IMG/VR virus record: IMGVR_UViG_3300020438_000007
Location: 124,001-188,000 of that record
DNA length: 64,000 nucleotides
Reading direction: 5' to 3' (one strand)
Below are positions 1 through 12,100 of this stretch, in pieces (positions within the stretch are counted from its first letter, which is position 1; the number at the start of each line of letters is the position of its first letter). The notes below the pieces were generated by a model that was not told the DNA's origin, did no database searches, and saw only the letters and a program-made list of their open reading frames with translations. The position numbers and the translations under genes were made by a program.

Positions 1-3000
1 CCAGACAGTGTAATTGTTGCAGTATCTTCTGGAGTCTGAGCAGAGAAGGATTCTTCTGCCGTTCCGTTGAATATAGAAGTTCCAGCGACAAGTTCTGCAG
101 CAGCTGTTGCTTCTGCAATACCACCAACTGCGAATAGAGAACCAGAACCAACTTCGACGGATGATGTTGCTTCGTCTTGACCAGAACCACTGTAAGTAAA
201 TGTGCCGCCGCCAGATGCTTGAACAGATGTTCTCTCGATTGTGAGAATACCACCTTCCTGACGAATAGTGATACCACCAGATGTGCCTGGATCTTTGTCG
301 TCTCCATAGTATCCAAATACAGAAATTGGTCTTGCTTCTGCACCAGATGTCTGGAAGTCGAATAGGAGAGATCCAGCACCAAATTCTGTTGCAGGGATAA
401 ATCTCTCTTTTGCACCAAACTCAACACCGTTAAGATCGCCAATTCCATCATCACCAATTTGACCATTGGCCTCAGTACCAATACCGAGAATGTAGATCGT
501 ACCATCAGTAAGAATAGGAGCGTTGGTACGACCGATTGCCTTACCGTTAAGACTGATAATACCAGAGGTAGGATATTTGGGTACGAACCTTGTGGTAACA
601 ATGCCAGGATCTCCGTACTCTCCTCCAGTACCGCCAGGCAAGAAGGTAAAACCTGTTTCGATACCAATGTTCCTTTCGATACCATAATGAGGTGTGAAGT
701 CGATTTGTGGGTGATTGAGTTCTCCACTGAGTCGTAGAGTTGCCTTCTGAGATTGAGAAGCAAAGGCTGCACTGAGATCTGTATATCCACCACCAAAGAT
801 GTGTAGGTAAGTTCCTTCTGGAGGATCGAAGCTCGATCTCTCGATAGATGCTCCAGAGAATGTAGTAATACCAGAAGCGGGTGGAACGATAATCCTTCTG
901 TAGGTTGTAAACCCAACAGCTTGAGTTTGTTGAAGGGTGATATTTCCAGATCCAACAAAGTCTTTGGTGACACTCTCGTTTGCAGTATCGTAGATATCGA
1001 ATAGAACAGTTCCTTCTGGAGTCTGAGCAATGTATCTTTCTTCTGCACCACTAACGAAGTCGAATAGAGATGTTGTACTACTTGCAACTGCAACTCTCTC
1101 GACTCCAGTACCAGATACGATAAGTGAACCAGAACCAACCCAACTTGGGATGAACTGAGTAATCGTGTCCGAGATCTGTGGGAATACAAGTTTTCCGTAT
1201 GGGAAACGAGATTCTGTTGGTGCTGGCTCTGTAATGAATCCAGCATCTTCGTAACCCTGATTGATTTCTTGTGAATTGAAACCAGTGTAGTGTGGATATA
1301 AGAATTGATCGTATGCAGGTCCGCCAACAGAACTGATGCCAAGTTCACCGTAGTCTTGAGACACAGTGTTGTCATCAAATCCGATACCATATTGACTAGT
1401 CTTATCGAAGGAAGGTAATATCTCAACACCACCAGATCCTTGGTCGTATGTGAGACCACCGTTACTAAAGAGAACGTCTTGAGAGTATCTGTTGAGTTCG
1501 TCATCAAATGTTTCAGTACCAGAAGCCTGTCCAAGTATGTTGAGTCCGAATCCAAAGCTTGGGTCTCCAAGAATACCACCGTAGTTTTCGTTCTCAGTAC
1601 CAAAGAGTATAGAAGACTCATTGTAAGAATCTGTATTCTTCTCACCAGATGCCGCACCATTGACGAATAATGTTCCGCCAAACTCGTTTTCTTTGTGTTG
1701 TATAACTCTTGCGTATGTCTGATTCTCTTCTCTACCCTGACTGAAGGTTCCTGTACCAACACCAGAGATATGTGGTGCAAATACCTGACCAGCAGTACCA
1801 CCAAGATATGAGTAGTCTCCCTGTAAGTATGCCTTGGTACTGGATTCAACTGCACCACCGATACTGAATAATGTACCAGATCCTTCTGGTATGACTGGTG
1901 TAATAGACTCGTTACCAGTACCATTAATTGTAAATTGACCTTCTTCACCAAATACTGTATGTTGTGGAGCCTGTGATAACCATAGTTCTCCAGATATGAA
2001 TATACCAGCATTGTGTGTAGCAATACCAGATTTTCCAGAACTCTCGTATTGAATTGCAGATGCAACGTCGAGATCTTCTGAAAGTAAGAAGGTTGCTGTT
2101 CCTGTAAATCCAACAGTCTGTCTGGAAAGTGAAGTTTCTCCAAGAGAGAATGTAACTTCTCTGTTGGGGTAGTGTTGACCACCAATCTGAACGTAGTTGA
2201 AGTCTGGAAGTAGGAATCCCCAGTTTTCTGCCGACTTGGGAATAGTCTCGTCGTTTGTATTGATTGGTCCCCAATCTTCGTAAGATTGAGTTGGAGTAGC
2301 AGTAATAAGACCCCAATCGAGCTCTTCTGTTTTTTGATCTCCAAGAGGCGATATCCAAGAAGGAGTGTAAACAGGTGTACCCTGTTGCATCCCTCCAGAG
2401 AAATCAAACAGATTTGTATTCTCGTAGTCCTTGACAAGTACAACATCTGTTGCCGAACCAGAAGTATTGAAGAGGACTGTTCCTTCGTCTCCCTGTTTAA
2501 CAAGTTTGATACCAGAAACAGATCCAGTAAGTCTAACAAGTGCCTTTTTAGTATCGGGAAGTAAGACTCTACTTTCAGCACCAGTTCCAGAGATATCAAA
2601 GAGAACTGTGTTATCAACAGTTGCAGGGACAAATGCCTCATCTGCACTACCAGATATGGCGACTTCACCCTCAAGACCGAAGATTGTACTTTGTGGAGCC
2701 TGACTGAAGAAGTTGGTTCCAGAGAATGTTCCTGTACCAGATCCAGAGTATGCAAAGAGTGATCCTTCTGCAGCAATTCCTTCTTTCTTGAACGTACCAG
2801 AACCGTGGTATCCCCTGACAAATAGATCGTGGCCCCTGACAAAGGTTGACTGATACTCGTCGAAGAAGATCCCACCTTGTAATTTTTGTAATATTACACC
2901 GTAATCTTCAGCAGATGTAGGTGTATCTAATATACCTCCGTAACTCTCGAATGCTACCTGATCTTCGTCAGAGAATGATCTCTCCTTCGCAAGAGAATCT

Positions 3001-3770
3001 GTGATAACCTCGTCAAATGTGACATTGAGATCATCGAAGGATGCTCCTTCTCTAACTGTAATTGTGCCGTTATCTTCTTTCTCGAATACGTCAGACTCTG
3101 ATCTGGCGTAGTTGTATATGACTTTCTCAACATCAAATAGTCGGGTATCTCCACCCTTCGCCCTAAAGGCGTTTTTGATAATTGGTAAGTAGGCTTCGTT
3201 GTATGGAGTCTGTTGTTCTCCAGTTACGGATACAGAGCCACTACCATTATAAGAATAAACTTGGTCTAGGTCGTTTGCAGACAGCCCTGACTTGGCAATC
3301 GCACCAACACCTATGTAATTTCCTCTAGATATAGATTCTTCTGCTGTCCCAGATGGGATGAAGATGACAGCTCCCGCTGCTCCAAGATCTGGTATGACGA
3401 CTCTTTCGAGACCGTTACCAAATTCATGAACAGTACCAGTACCAACCCAAGGCACTGCTGCAGATACTAGTGCAGAATCATTAACATCGAATAGGACTGT
3501 ATTTGCGTTCTCTGGAATCCACTGAGTTCTTGATCTACCAAACTCGTCTCTTCCGTCTACTACATTTATTGGACCAAACGGTAGCACATCTGATGTATCG
3601 TTGATGAGTCCGTGGTCATTTACAAAGAAGAAATTCTCGTCTCTTTCGGGTTCTACATGTTGATTTATGTCGCCATAGTCAATATTCTCCACTGACGCGA
3701 CGGTGATATTACCACCGTCAAATGTAGTGAATAAATCTATCTTCGTATTGTCGTAGACAAATACTGTCAA
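1..3770 (-). CDS. Large virion structural/fibre-like protein, 3'-truncated by window edge (>=1256 aa); absent from ORF track
   Basis: Hand translation of the minus strand is open from TTG at 3770 (in-frame TAA just upstream; MTVFVYDNTKIDLFTTFDGG...) to position 1. Gly/Ser/Thr-rich beta-type repeats (GSGxL..SG..E) and recurring D[YW]GxI motifs; sits in the late structural module. Confidence 0.8.
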   Translation of the reverse strand, partial: MTVFVYDNTKIDLFTTFDGGNITVASVENIDYGDINQHVEPERDENFFFVNDHGLINDTSDVLPFGPINVVDGRDEFGRSRTQWIPENANTVLFDVNDSALVSAAVPWVGTGTVHEFGNGLERVVIPDLGAAGAVIFIPSGTAEESISRGNYIGVGAIAKSGLSANDLDQVYSYNGSGSVSVTGEQQTPYNEAYLPIIKNAFRAKGGDTRLFDVEKVIYNYARSESDVFEKEDNGTITVREGASFDDLNVTFDEVITDSLAKERSFSDEDQVAFESYGGILDTPTSAEDYGVILQKLQGGIFFDEYQSTFVRGHDLFVRGYHGSGTFKKEGIAAEGSLFAYSGSGTGTFSGTNFFSQAPQSTIFGLEGEVAISGSADEAFVPATVDNTVLFDISGTGAESRVLLPDTKKALVRLTGSVSGIKLVKQGDEGTVLFNTSGSATDVVLVKDYENTNLFDFSGGMQQGTPVYTPSWISPLGDQKTEELDWGLITATPTQSYEDWGPINTNDETIPKSAENWGFLLPDFNYVQIGGQHYPNREVTFSLGETSLSRQTVGFTGTATFLLSEDLDVASAIQYESSGKSGIATHNAGIFISGELWLSQAPQHTVFGEEGQFTINGTGNESITPVIPEGSGTLFSIGGAVESSTKAYLQGDYSYLGGTAGQVFAPHISGVGTGTFSQGREENQTYARVIQHKENEFGGTLFVNGAASGEKNTDSYNESSILFGTENENYGGILGDPSFGFGLNILGQASGTETFDDELNRYSQDVLFSNGGLTYDQGSGGVEILPSFDKTSQYGIGFDDNTVSQDYGELGISSVGGPAYDQFLYPHYTGFNSQEINQGYEDAGFITEPAPTESRFPYGKLVFPQISDTITQFIPSWVGSGSLIVSGTGVERVAVASSTTSLFDFVSGAEERYIAQTPEGTVLFDIYDTANESVTKDFVGSGNITLQQTQAVGFTTYRRIIVPPASGITTFSGASIERSSFDPPEGTYLHIFGGGYTDLSAAFASQSQKATLRLSGELNHPQIDFTPHYGIERNIGIETGFTFLPGGTGGEYGDPGIVTTRFVPKYPTSGIISLNGKAIGRTNAPILTDGTIYILGIGTEANGQIGDDGIGDLNGVEFGAKERFIPATEFGAGSLLFDFQTSGAEARPISVFGYYGDDKDPGTSGGITIRQEGGILTIERTSVQASGGGTFTYSGSGQDEATSSVEVGSGSLFAVGGIAEATAAAELVAGTSIFNGTAEESFSAQTPEDTATITLS

Positions 3771-3782
3771 AGGTTTCCCCCG

Positions 3783-3820
3783 AAATAAAAAGACCCTGCC
3801 TTAATTATAAAGCAGAGTCC
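3783..3820 (-). terminator. Intrinsic terminator-like hairpin
   Basis: Minus strand GGACTCTGCTTT-ATAATT-AAGGCAGGGTCT followed by TTTTATTT. Confidence 0.7.
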
Positions 3821-3829
3821 ACATATTGA

Positions 3830-3835
3830 TATTTA
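3830..3835 (-). promoter_or_regulatory. T4-type late promoter (CTAAATA)
   Basis: TAAATA on the minus strand in the intergenic gap upstream of the 1..3770 ORF. Confidence 0.55.
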
Positions 3836-3844
3836 GTGTTTCTA

Positions 3845-4852
3845 TTAGTCGAGTGCGACGTTTAGAGTAATCTTAATCTGGTCTCCGTTGTTTTGGATGT
3901 TGTAAGGACCGTTTGTGAATCTCTCAGCGTACATGATTGAACTATAGAGAGTTGCAGTATTTAATCCCAACACACCGTTAGATGTAGCACTCATAGATGG
4001 AGTTGTTACAAACTCATCTGCGTTTGGTACTTCAAATACAGTGTAAACATTAGACTCAAGAGTTGTGTTACCAGCACCAGCGTTAACGTAGAGGATATCA
4101 CCCGCTCTAAGTCCGTGGTTGGCGAACGTAATCTTACCGAAACTGAATGTGACTGATGGGTCAGTAGCAACCTGAATGTTATCAACCAGAGGTTTGTCTA
4201 GGTAGATCGTTCTGTAAGCTCTATCAATACCGATAATCTTAGTATTAGTTGCGACACCAGAGTTACCAGCAACGAACTGTCCAAGTGTTAAGTCGTCAAT
4301 ACTAACTTGTGGGTCGATTGTAAGGTAAGAGTTACCGACAACACCGATAGTTGGGTCTGTGTTGTTACCCTTAGTAACAGTAGTTCCGATACCAACACCA
4401 GCACCATGAACAACACCCTGTACTGCGACAGGCATGTTATTTGCTCTAGTGACGTAGTAACCGTAGATGTTACCAGCAGGTCCAGTGAAAGTAAATGTTT
4501 GTTCTGGATATGTAGCGGTTGTACCACTACCAACGTTCTTGATAACCCACCTAGATCCATTTAACAGGATACCATACTGCTGGTTATAATCCTGATCTCC
4601 TCTGTTGTTTACACAGACTGGATAACCAGTATTTGCAGTAGTACCATAACCGTTAACGTTTCCGTCAATGTAGGGTTCAAAGTACGAAGTTGCAGAAGGA
4701 ACATCGCCCTCAGCAGGGGTCGTGTTACTTGTAAAAAGTTTTAATACAAGATTTCGGGGTGATGTATCTTCTAAATCTGCGACAAAGTTATTCTGAGCAA
4801 TCAGATAACGCAGCGACTCAATTTCACCAATATTAGGAACGAGTAATGCCAT
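3845..4852 (-). CDS. Virion structural protein (335 aa)
   Basis: ORF track; late promoter upstream; beta-rich domain with HG motif like the neighbouring baseplate proteins. Confidence 0.7.
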   Translation of the reverse strand: MALLVPNIGEIESLRYLIAQNNFVADLEDTSPRNLVLKLFTSNTTPAEGDVPSATSYFEPYIDGNVNGYGTTANTGYPVCVNNRGDQDYNQQYGILLNGSRWVIKNVGSGTTATYPEQTFTFTGPAGNIYGYYVTRANNMPVAVQGVVHGAGVGIGTTVTKGNNTDPTIGVVGNSYLTIDPQVSIDDLTLGQFVAGNSGVATNTKIIGIDRAYRTIYLDKPLVDNIQVATDPSVTFSFGKITFANHGLRAGDILYVNAGAGNTTLESNVYTVFEVPNADEFVTTPSMSATSNGVLGLNTATLYSSIMYAERFTNGPYNIQNNGDQIKITLNVALD

Positions 4853-4895
4853 TGAAAAACTACCTCTAGGGTCTTAGAACGTTAAGAACTATACT

Positions 4896-4903
4896 TATTT
4901 ATA
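4896..4903 (-). promoter_or_regulatory. T4 late promoter TATAAATA
   Basis: Exact T4 late consensus overlapping the stop codon of 4899..5573. Confidence 0.75.
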
Positions 4904-5573
4904 ATTTTAATTTTAGAGAGATTAGTAACCTTCTAATATTGTTCACGCTTACCACAGTGAAACGGAGAATATCCCCTGCTCCAATAGTAGTCGTCCAATT
5001 ATTTAGGACATCATCAAAGTATTTATCCGAATTGGATAATTGCACTCTCGAACCACCAGTAATACTGGTGAAATTCGGATAATCTGCGAAAGTACATTTT
5101 TCTAGTTCAATAACAATATCACCAGTCTGATCGGATAAGACTCTGATGTTTTCAATAAGTCCAGTGACATCTATTGTGATTTTGCCTTTGTCACCAGGCT
5201 GCATTGGAAGACTGCCGCTATCAATAACATAGTTTACGGTTCGTGTTAAATCAGCTGCTGCAGCAAGAGCAATAATTACTACATCGTCGTTTGCTGCTGG
5301 TGGAGTTGTAAATACAACTTGGTCACCAGAAATATTATAATCATTTGCTGGATCTAAGAACAAACCATTTTTAGTAACAATAAGTTGTTGATTATTGTTA
5401 GGAGTATATGGTGCTCCTTGATCATTTAAGTTAAATGTGGTTTCAGTACCATCTTGTACTGGTGTTTTACCAATAATGATGTTACCATATTGGATCGACT
5501 TTGAGGGAACCTCATAGTCTACACCGACATTATAACTGCCAGGATCGTTAAGAGTGACTAAGTAATCTGCCAT
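4899..5573 (-). CDS. Virion structural protein (224 aa)
   Basis: ORF track; contains the 'LIVTKNG...DY.ISGDQVVFTTPP' module typical of cyanophage tail proteins. Confidence 0.7.
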   Translation of the reverse strand: MADYLVTLNDPGSYNVGVDYEVPSKSIQYGNIIIGKTPVQDGTETTFNLNDQGAPYTPNNNQQLIVTKNGLFLDPANDYNISGDQVVFTTPPAANDDVVIIALAAAADLTRTVNYVIDSGSLPMQPGDKGKITIDVTGLIENIRVLSDQTGDIVIELEKCTFADYPNFTSITGGSRVQLSNSDKYFDDVLNNWTTTIGAGDILRFTVVSVNNIRRLLISLKLKL

Positions 5574-5908
5574 TATCGTGTTACGCCTGGGATTACAAGA
5601 AGGTTTCCTTGTATTGGTCTAGTCTTATACGCATTGGGCGATTCTAAAACAAGATCATACACATATCTCCCTCCTTCTATTACAGAAGTAATAGTAGATG
5701 CCATTGCAACTTTGATCTGTCCATTGACCCTATTGGGGAAAGATACCACAAAAGGAGTGGACTTAGATGCCTCAGGGTGCTTTCTTAGTTGAGCAGATCC
5801 ACTATATCCTGTTAGATTTAAAGCGGAAGCATTTTCATTTCTGATAGTAAATGTTGCTTCAAAATCTACACCTTGATCTAAAACTAAGTTGATGTTCCTT
5901 GCTGTCAT
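5573..5908 (-). CDS. Small baseplate-associated structural protein (111 aa)
   Basis: ORF track; 'LDQGVDFEATFTI...GRYVYDLVL' pattern of small Ig-like phage baseplate proteins; TAATG-coupled to the next gene. Confidence 0.6.
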   Translation of the reverse strand: MTARNINLVLDQGVDFEATFTIRNENASALNLTGYSGSAQLRKHPEASKSTPFVVSFPNRVNGQIKVAMASTITSVIEGGRYVYDLVLESPNAYKTRPIQGNLLVIPGVTR

Positions 5909-5928
5909 CTGTCAAAGGGAGGTTTTAG

Positions 5929-6138
5929 TTATTTATCTAATTTACTCAAAATGAGTTTCATCATATCTTTTAGTTCATCAACATCATCCTTTAGTTTATC
6001 CATTTCCTCTGCTTCTACTAACTTTCTCTCTTTTAATTTGAGGTAGTTATTGTATGCAGTATCATTGCAATTAAGAATTGCACCACTATCTTCATCTCGA
6101 TAAAGAGAATTACTATCTTTCACTTTTACTTTATTCAT
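5929..6138 (-). CDS. Hypothetical protein (69 aa, C-terminal coiled coil)
   Basis: ORF track; translationally coupled to 6138..13655. Confidence 0.7.
   Translation of the reverse strand: MNKVKVKDSNSLYRDEDSGAILNCNDTAYNNYLKLKERKLVEAEEMDKLKDDVDELKDMMKLILSKLDK
5930..5935 (-). promoter_or_regulatory. Late promoter (GATAAATA)
   Basis: TAAATA 22 nt upstream of the ATG at 5908. Confidence 0.6.
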
Positions 6139-9100
6139 TAGATAGATGCAATAGTTCTTAGATCACGAATCTTGGGAACAAAAGCGAAGTTAGTTCCTGA
6201 CATGATAATTTTAATTTGGAATCCATTGAACTGTGGAAGATTCTTCACGTTAAATTCATACTCTTTGTAGTCATCTTCTGTCTGAGATGCAAGGATTCTT
6301 CTATCGGGTTTACCGTTATTTTTTGCCTGATCTATCACATTTCCATTGGAATCCAAGTTTTCAAAGCCTGGGAATAGTTCAAACAACTGATACTCAGGTG
6401 GAGCATCGATTCTGAATATCCTGTATAGAACTCTGATGTCATTTGTTGAATGTTTGTACGCATCAAACATAACCTTCAATCCATCAGCTGACTTCTCAAG
6501 ATTCACAACCTTAGATAAGTAAACTGCGGCACTAGGATCATTATTAAGTGAATTGACTCTTCTATCAGTTGCATAATTATCAATCTTAGAGTTGAGTCTA
6601 TCCATGATTGTGATCATGTTAACTCTATCTAAGTCAATCATAGGACTGACTTTAGAATCATCTGTAGATAGATTTGCTTGTAATGTAAATGACTTTCTGC
6701 CTGGGAAGTCAGTAAGTTTTGCAAGTTCGTTATTCTTAGATGCAACAATTCTAGGAGTAGATAATACGTTATTACTCTGTAGTGAAACAGACTCGTAACC
6801 TTGATCCACAAATGATTTCAAGTTGCCATCGGGACTATTTCCAGAGAATGTTCGGATCTTAGCATCGATATCAGTTCCTTCTGGTAAGAGAGTTGCAACA
6901 TTAGGTCTGACAATATTAAATGCAATGTTCTGTGTTGCCATAGGTCCATCAAAGTTACCGACCTGTACATACTGTTGGTCGTAACTACCACCAGACTTAT
7001 TCTCTTTAAAGAATAGTTCTGGGAATCCGTTTGCATTTCCAGTTGCTCTATCCACACCTCTACTTGAGAGACCAACCTTAATCCAGTAATGATCAACGTC
7101 AATAGGATACTTGGTATTGTCAGTAGGAATGAAACTATGAGATGTGTTTACTCTTCTAAGAGAGACACCATTCAATTCATACTTGTAAATCTTATCATTG
7201 ATGTTGTAATCACCAGCCTTACTATCATCAATAGATCTAGTGATGTTATTAAGAGTTGAGGTTGTAGTTGTTACACCAGTGTATTTGATAATCTCATTTC
7301 CGACCTTAACATAGCCTGGGTTAGAACTGTTGACTTCAATGTTCTCAAATGACGTGAAGATTCCAACAGCAGTGACAGTCATATCTTCTGTACTTGAAGA
7401 ATTAACGGTAGATGTCAATTTCTCTGGTTTTACATCTGCTTCAACACCACTCAAGATTACATTGTCTTCTTGTGAGTACATACCATGATTGGAATGTCTA
7501 ACACGGAAGTGTAATCCATCAGTTACATTTTGTAAGTATTGGATAGAACCACCATTTACAACACTGGTTCCACTGCCGCCAACATATACGATAGCAGATG
7601 AGGAGTCAACTTTAGGTATACCTTGAATATTATCAAGAACTAAAGTATTGAACGCACTAATTACACCAACGTTATTTGGAATTGATAATCTCAAGTCTTT
7701 TCCGAATCCACCAGTATTTGTGGCAGACACAGTAAGAACATCACCAGCAGAGTATCCTGTTCCACCAATGGCAACCGTTGCAGCAACAGCAACTCTGTTA
7801 TCGACTGTCAAGTTGACAGTTGCACCAGTTCCTTTACCAAATTGTGAAACGACAGGCACATTAGAGTAAACAACAGGTGTAGCAGAAAATCCACTACCAC
7901 CACTTGTAATTGTTAGATCACTACCAACACCGATTGCACCAAGAACTTTGTTTAGATTTGCACTAAAGTTTGGATTTGCCTGTTGGTAAATTGTAGTTCC
8001 TTCTGTCAATCCAGCCTGTTCTGAAGCAGTTAAACTCTTACCTAAACCAATCACTGCATTGTATGAAAGCATATCAATAGGGTTGTTAGCAAGAGAAACA
8101 ATCTGTCTGTTTCCTACTTCAAGATCTGGATTATAGAAGTTGACTCTACCCGATGTTGAAGTGAAGTTTGCTCTGAATAGATTGAACTTAAGATCTTCTA
8201 ACTGACTTGGATCCCATGTAGCACCGTTCTGTGATTTGAACAATGAACCAAGTAGAGGTTGTTGGGAAACAATAATTTTTTCAGAGTCATCAGCATTGAG
8301 CGTAGTTATGTCTTCCTCACCCATCCTAGAGATGAATACAAAATATTCATTAGATGCAGATAGAAGAACAATTGCAAACTCTCCTCCACCTTCACAATAC
8401 ACAGGTGCAGGGAAGGTAAATGTTGTTGCTTTAGATCCATCCTCAGAGATAACAACTTCATCGGGATCAAGAATAGACTCACCAAATGGTAAAATCTCTT
8501 GAGTGGGCAAACCAGTTTGAAGTGTTCTTACTTGTAAGGTAACAGGTAGTTGATTCGTATCTTTTGCTCGGAAGTAAACTTCACATTTAGTGAGGAATAC
8601 ACCGTTAACATCAGGAACTTCAAACGATTGTGCAAGAGGGTCAACCCATCTAGTCTGAGATGTAGATCTGTTTTTGAAGGTATTCTTAACGACAAGTCTA
8701 CTACTTGTACTACTAAGAGTTCTATCGGATGATTGAGGTATTCTCTGAACATCTGCATTTCTCATTCTGAGAGTAGATGCCTCTACAGTTTGAAGTGTAC
8801 CAGATGATGTGAAGTTTGCTTCACCAGAACTATCTGTGAATCCAGAGATAGTAGAGTTAGTAAGACTTGAAGATAATGTAAATGTCTTTGTACCAGTGTT
8901 AAATGAAGGTGCAGAAGGAACTGTAGGATCAGGTAAGAACAACGATCCAAGTAATGCTCCTGCCTTATCAGTAATCAATCTGATTGAATTTACACTTGCG
9001 ATAGCACCACTAGATTGTCCAATCAACTTCATACCAGTAGTGATGTATCCATAGAAACCAGACGCAGCTTGAAGTTCTAAGGATGCAGTATCAACGTTTA

Positions 9101-12100
9101 ATAATGTTGTGGTAGAAGAGTATGTAGATGAAATACTAGAAGCAGGGTCATATGGATTCTGTTTGTAAACCTGTGAAGGATTGTTGTAAGGACCATATTT
9201 GTGGTTCTGATTTGCAAGTCTAAACCTAATTGCATCGTTGTTAGTATTAGGACGACTTCCCTCAATAACTTCGCCAGCACCAAATGTACCACTTATCATT
9301 GTAATTTCGATAAGTTTAGGTATGACATACTTCTGCATGTCGATACTATCGAAGAATGGATATAATCTTGTGTTTGGTTTAAGTCTTCTACAGATAAACT
9401 CAATGTTTCTTGATCGCATTGTAGCAAGCACTTCTGTGTTTACAACCTTGTCACCAAGACTTGTAGTATCAAATCTTTCACCAACACGGAACTGAATACC
9501 TTGTCTTGTTTGATTTGTAGTAGTTGTGGTTGTCCTTTCTTTAAATTTTGTAATTGTATCTCTAAAGTTTGTAGTTGTAGTGACGGGAATACCACGACCT
9601 CTTCTGAATTTACCTCTTCTTCTTTTTTTGCCAGTTTTCTTAGACTTCTTAGACCTGAAAAGAGTAGGTCCAGTTGATGAACTTTGTCCAGTCCATGTTG
9701 TTTCCCATGAACCCCAATCAACAGGTGATAGTCCAGTATTACTATCCGCACCAGTGATTCCCATTGTAGAATTGAAACTACCTTCAATATCGTAGGTAGC
9801 AGCAGTTCTTCTAGTTTCAATCCATGTATCAGTGCCTGGATTTAATTCAACCTGACCAATCCAGTTAACAACAGCAAATGGGTTTACATTCTCGATACGA
9901 GTTGCAAATTTGTTCTCCAAGAAAACTGTGTCACTGTAATTTAAACATACAACGTCACCGATTCTCTTGACGTTTGAATCTCCAAGATCTTCAACAAACC
10001 TATAGTCAGCAGTAGGATTAGAAGATGTTGCAGCACCAACAATCGCCTCTGATCCAAGTAGTAAGTCAATAGATGTTGTATAGTGTTGAGGTCTTAATCT
10101 TCCCTCTGCCGCATCAACAGATGCCTTGTATGCTGAGTTACCTACATCACCACCAGTTACAGATTTAAAGTTATCAACAAAGAATCCTGATTTGAATCTA
10201 TCAAGATTTGTTTGTGGATCACGAAGAGACATGTTTGTAGTCTCAACTTCTAGGAGTGAAAGTGAAGTATAGTATTCAATATTTTTAATTCTGTTCTCAA
10301 TACTTGCGATATCCTTCATTTGGAATCGCTTGTGTCTAGCAATAGTGATTTCTGCTTCTGCTGGATCGTAAAGATATGGAGGAAGTTCAATAGTTGCAAC
10401 TTCTAAAGCATTATCAATGGTGTTTGGAAGTTTTGGCAACTCAGATGGAACACCTTGAGATAGAGTGAAGAAACCCTCTTTACTTAAGAATAACTTATCA
10501 ATTCTTCCAAGATAATATTCGTAAGATAAATTCAATGATTTATCTTTGGCAAGAACATGAGAAGAAGACGATGTGCCTGGATTAAACTGTCTAGCGTCAA
10601 ACTCCCAAGGAGCCTTACCAGCAACAGTAGATACAACTCTAGGTCTTAAATCAATAATATCAGAAATTGGAGTTGTTCCAATAAAAGGTAGTGCGCCTTT
10701 GTAATACTTTTTCTCGTAAGAGTTTACAGTTACAAAGTCGCCTGGATCTGAAGCATCAATAACAAAGTTGTTATAGACAATAGTAATTCTTCTAGTAGGT
10801 GCTTCCGTACCAGATTTCTTTACAAGTGCAGAGAAGTCAACATAGTCCAATCTTTGGCCTGGATCGAACTCATAGTTATTCTTGATGTCTCTGTCGCCTG
10901 GAATAAAGGTCTGAACTACACCAGAAACTTTAGTTTCTTCAAATACGATCTCTTCACCAATCTCAAAAGCGTTTTCGTTTTGAGATACAAAACTTACTTC
11001 ATTAGATCCATTAGTTGTAACAAATACGGCAGATGCACCAGATGTCTTACCAACAATATTCTCACCAACTACAGCATTGAGAATATTGGAGTTTAGATTA
11101 GTAAGTTGTAAGATTGGGAACTGAGGATCAGAAGCTGATGAAGATTCTAATACAGCAAGAACTTCTGCAACATCACAAACTCCAAGAGAAATTCTTTCAT
11201 CTTGAACTCTATTACCAAATGTTGTGTCATAAGTAAGACCATCATTTAACTTCATTAATCCAGTGCCTGACTGGGTTTTTGAGGAGTTGGTTAAAGTATA
11301 TGTTGTTGCTCTCTTGAATACCTTTGATTTTGGTTTGACATTTACTTTCTTCCAAGTTACGGTCAATACAGCAGGACCAGAAGCATTGTCTAATCCAGAT
11401 AAAGTAGCAGTTCTACCACTAACTGTAAGTTTTTGATCTGTTAATGATTCAACTTTACCCGTTGTTTTAAATGTGAGGTTGTAGTCCTCTTCATCGAATG
11501 GTTCGAGAGTCAAATCAGCATCAGTTTCTAGAGTTCCACTGAAAGCATTACTTGAAACTGTAACGTTATAAGATTTCTTGAATATGATGTCTGCACCATT
11601 CAAGTCAACAGATGCAATATTAGGTTTGCTTAGTTCACTGAATAAAAATGCACTAGAGTTGTTTTGAACTTCTAAAGTGACCTTAAATAGATCATTTGCA
11701 GATACAGCTGACGTAGGTAGTGTACCAGAACATACGTTCTCAACATCTGTAGTCGCTTCAAGACTGATAGCAACAGCAGTTGCAGCAGTAACTCTGCTGA
11801 ATGTAGGAACGGAGTTGCCTGAAATACTATACTGAATAATATCTCCAGTCTTAATACCAGAGTTTACAAAACTGGCACTAGGAGATGTGATTGTAGATGC
11901 AGCACCAGACTTTGCACTAACAGTAAACTGTGTTGCAACTGGAGCAATCAAATGACCTAATCCCAAAACAGGATCAGCTGTGAATGGATAGTTTGTAGGA
12001 TCGTTACTAACAAGTTGTTTGATATCCTCCACACCATAGTCTTCTACTTCAGTAACACTTCTATTTGCAGTAAAACCATTGAAGAATAATTCTTCACCAA

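Noticed and set aside
540-600. Possible frameshift in the 1..3770 ORF
   Set aside because: Re-reading showed the frame is continuous (…YPTSGIISLNGKAIG…).
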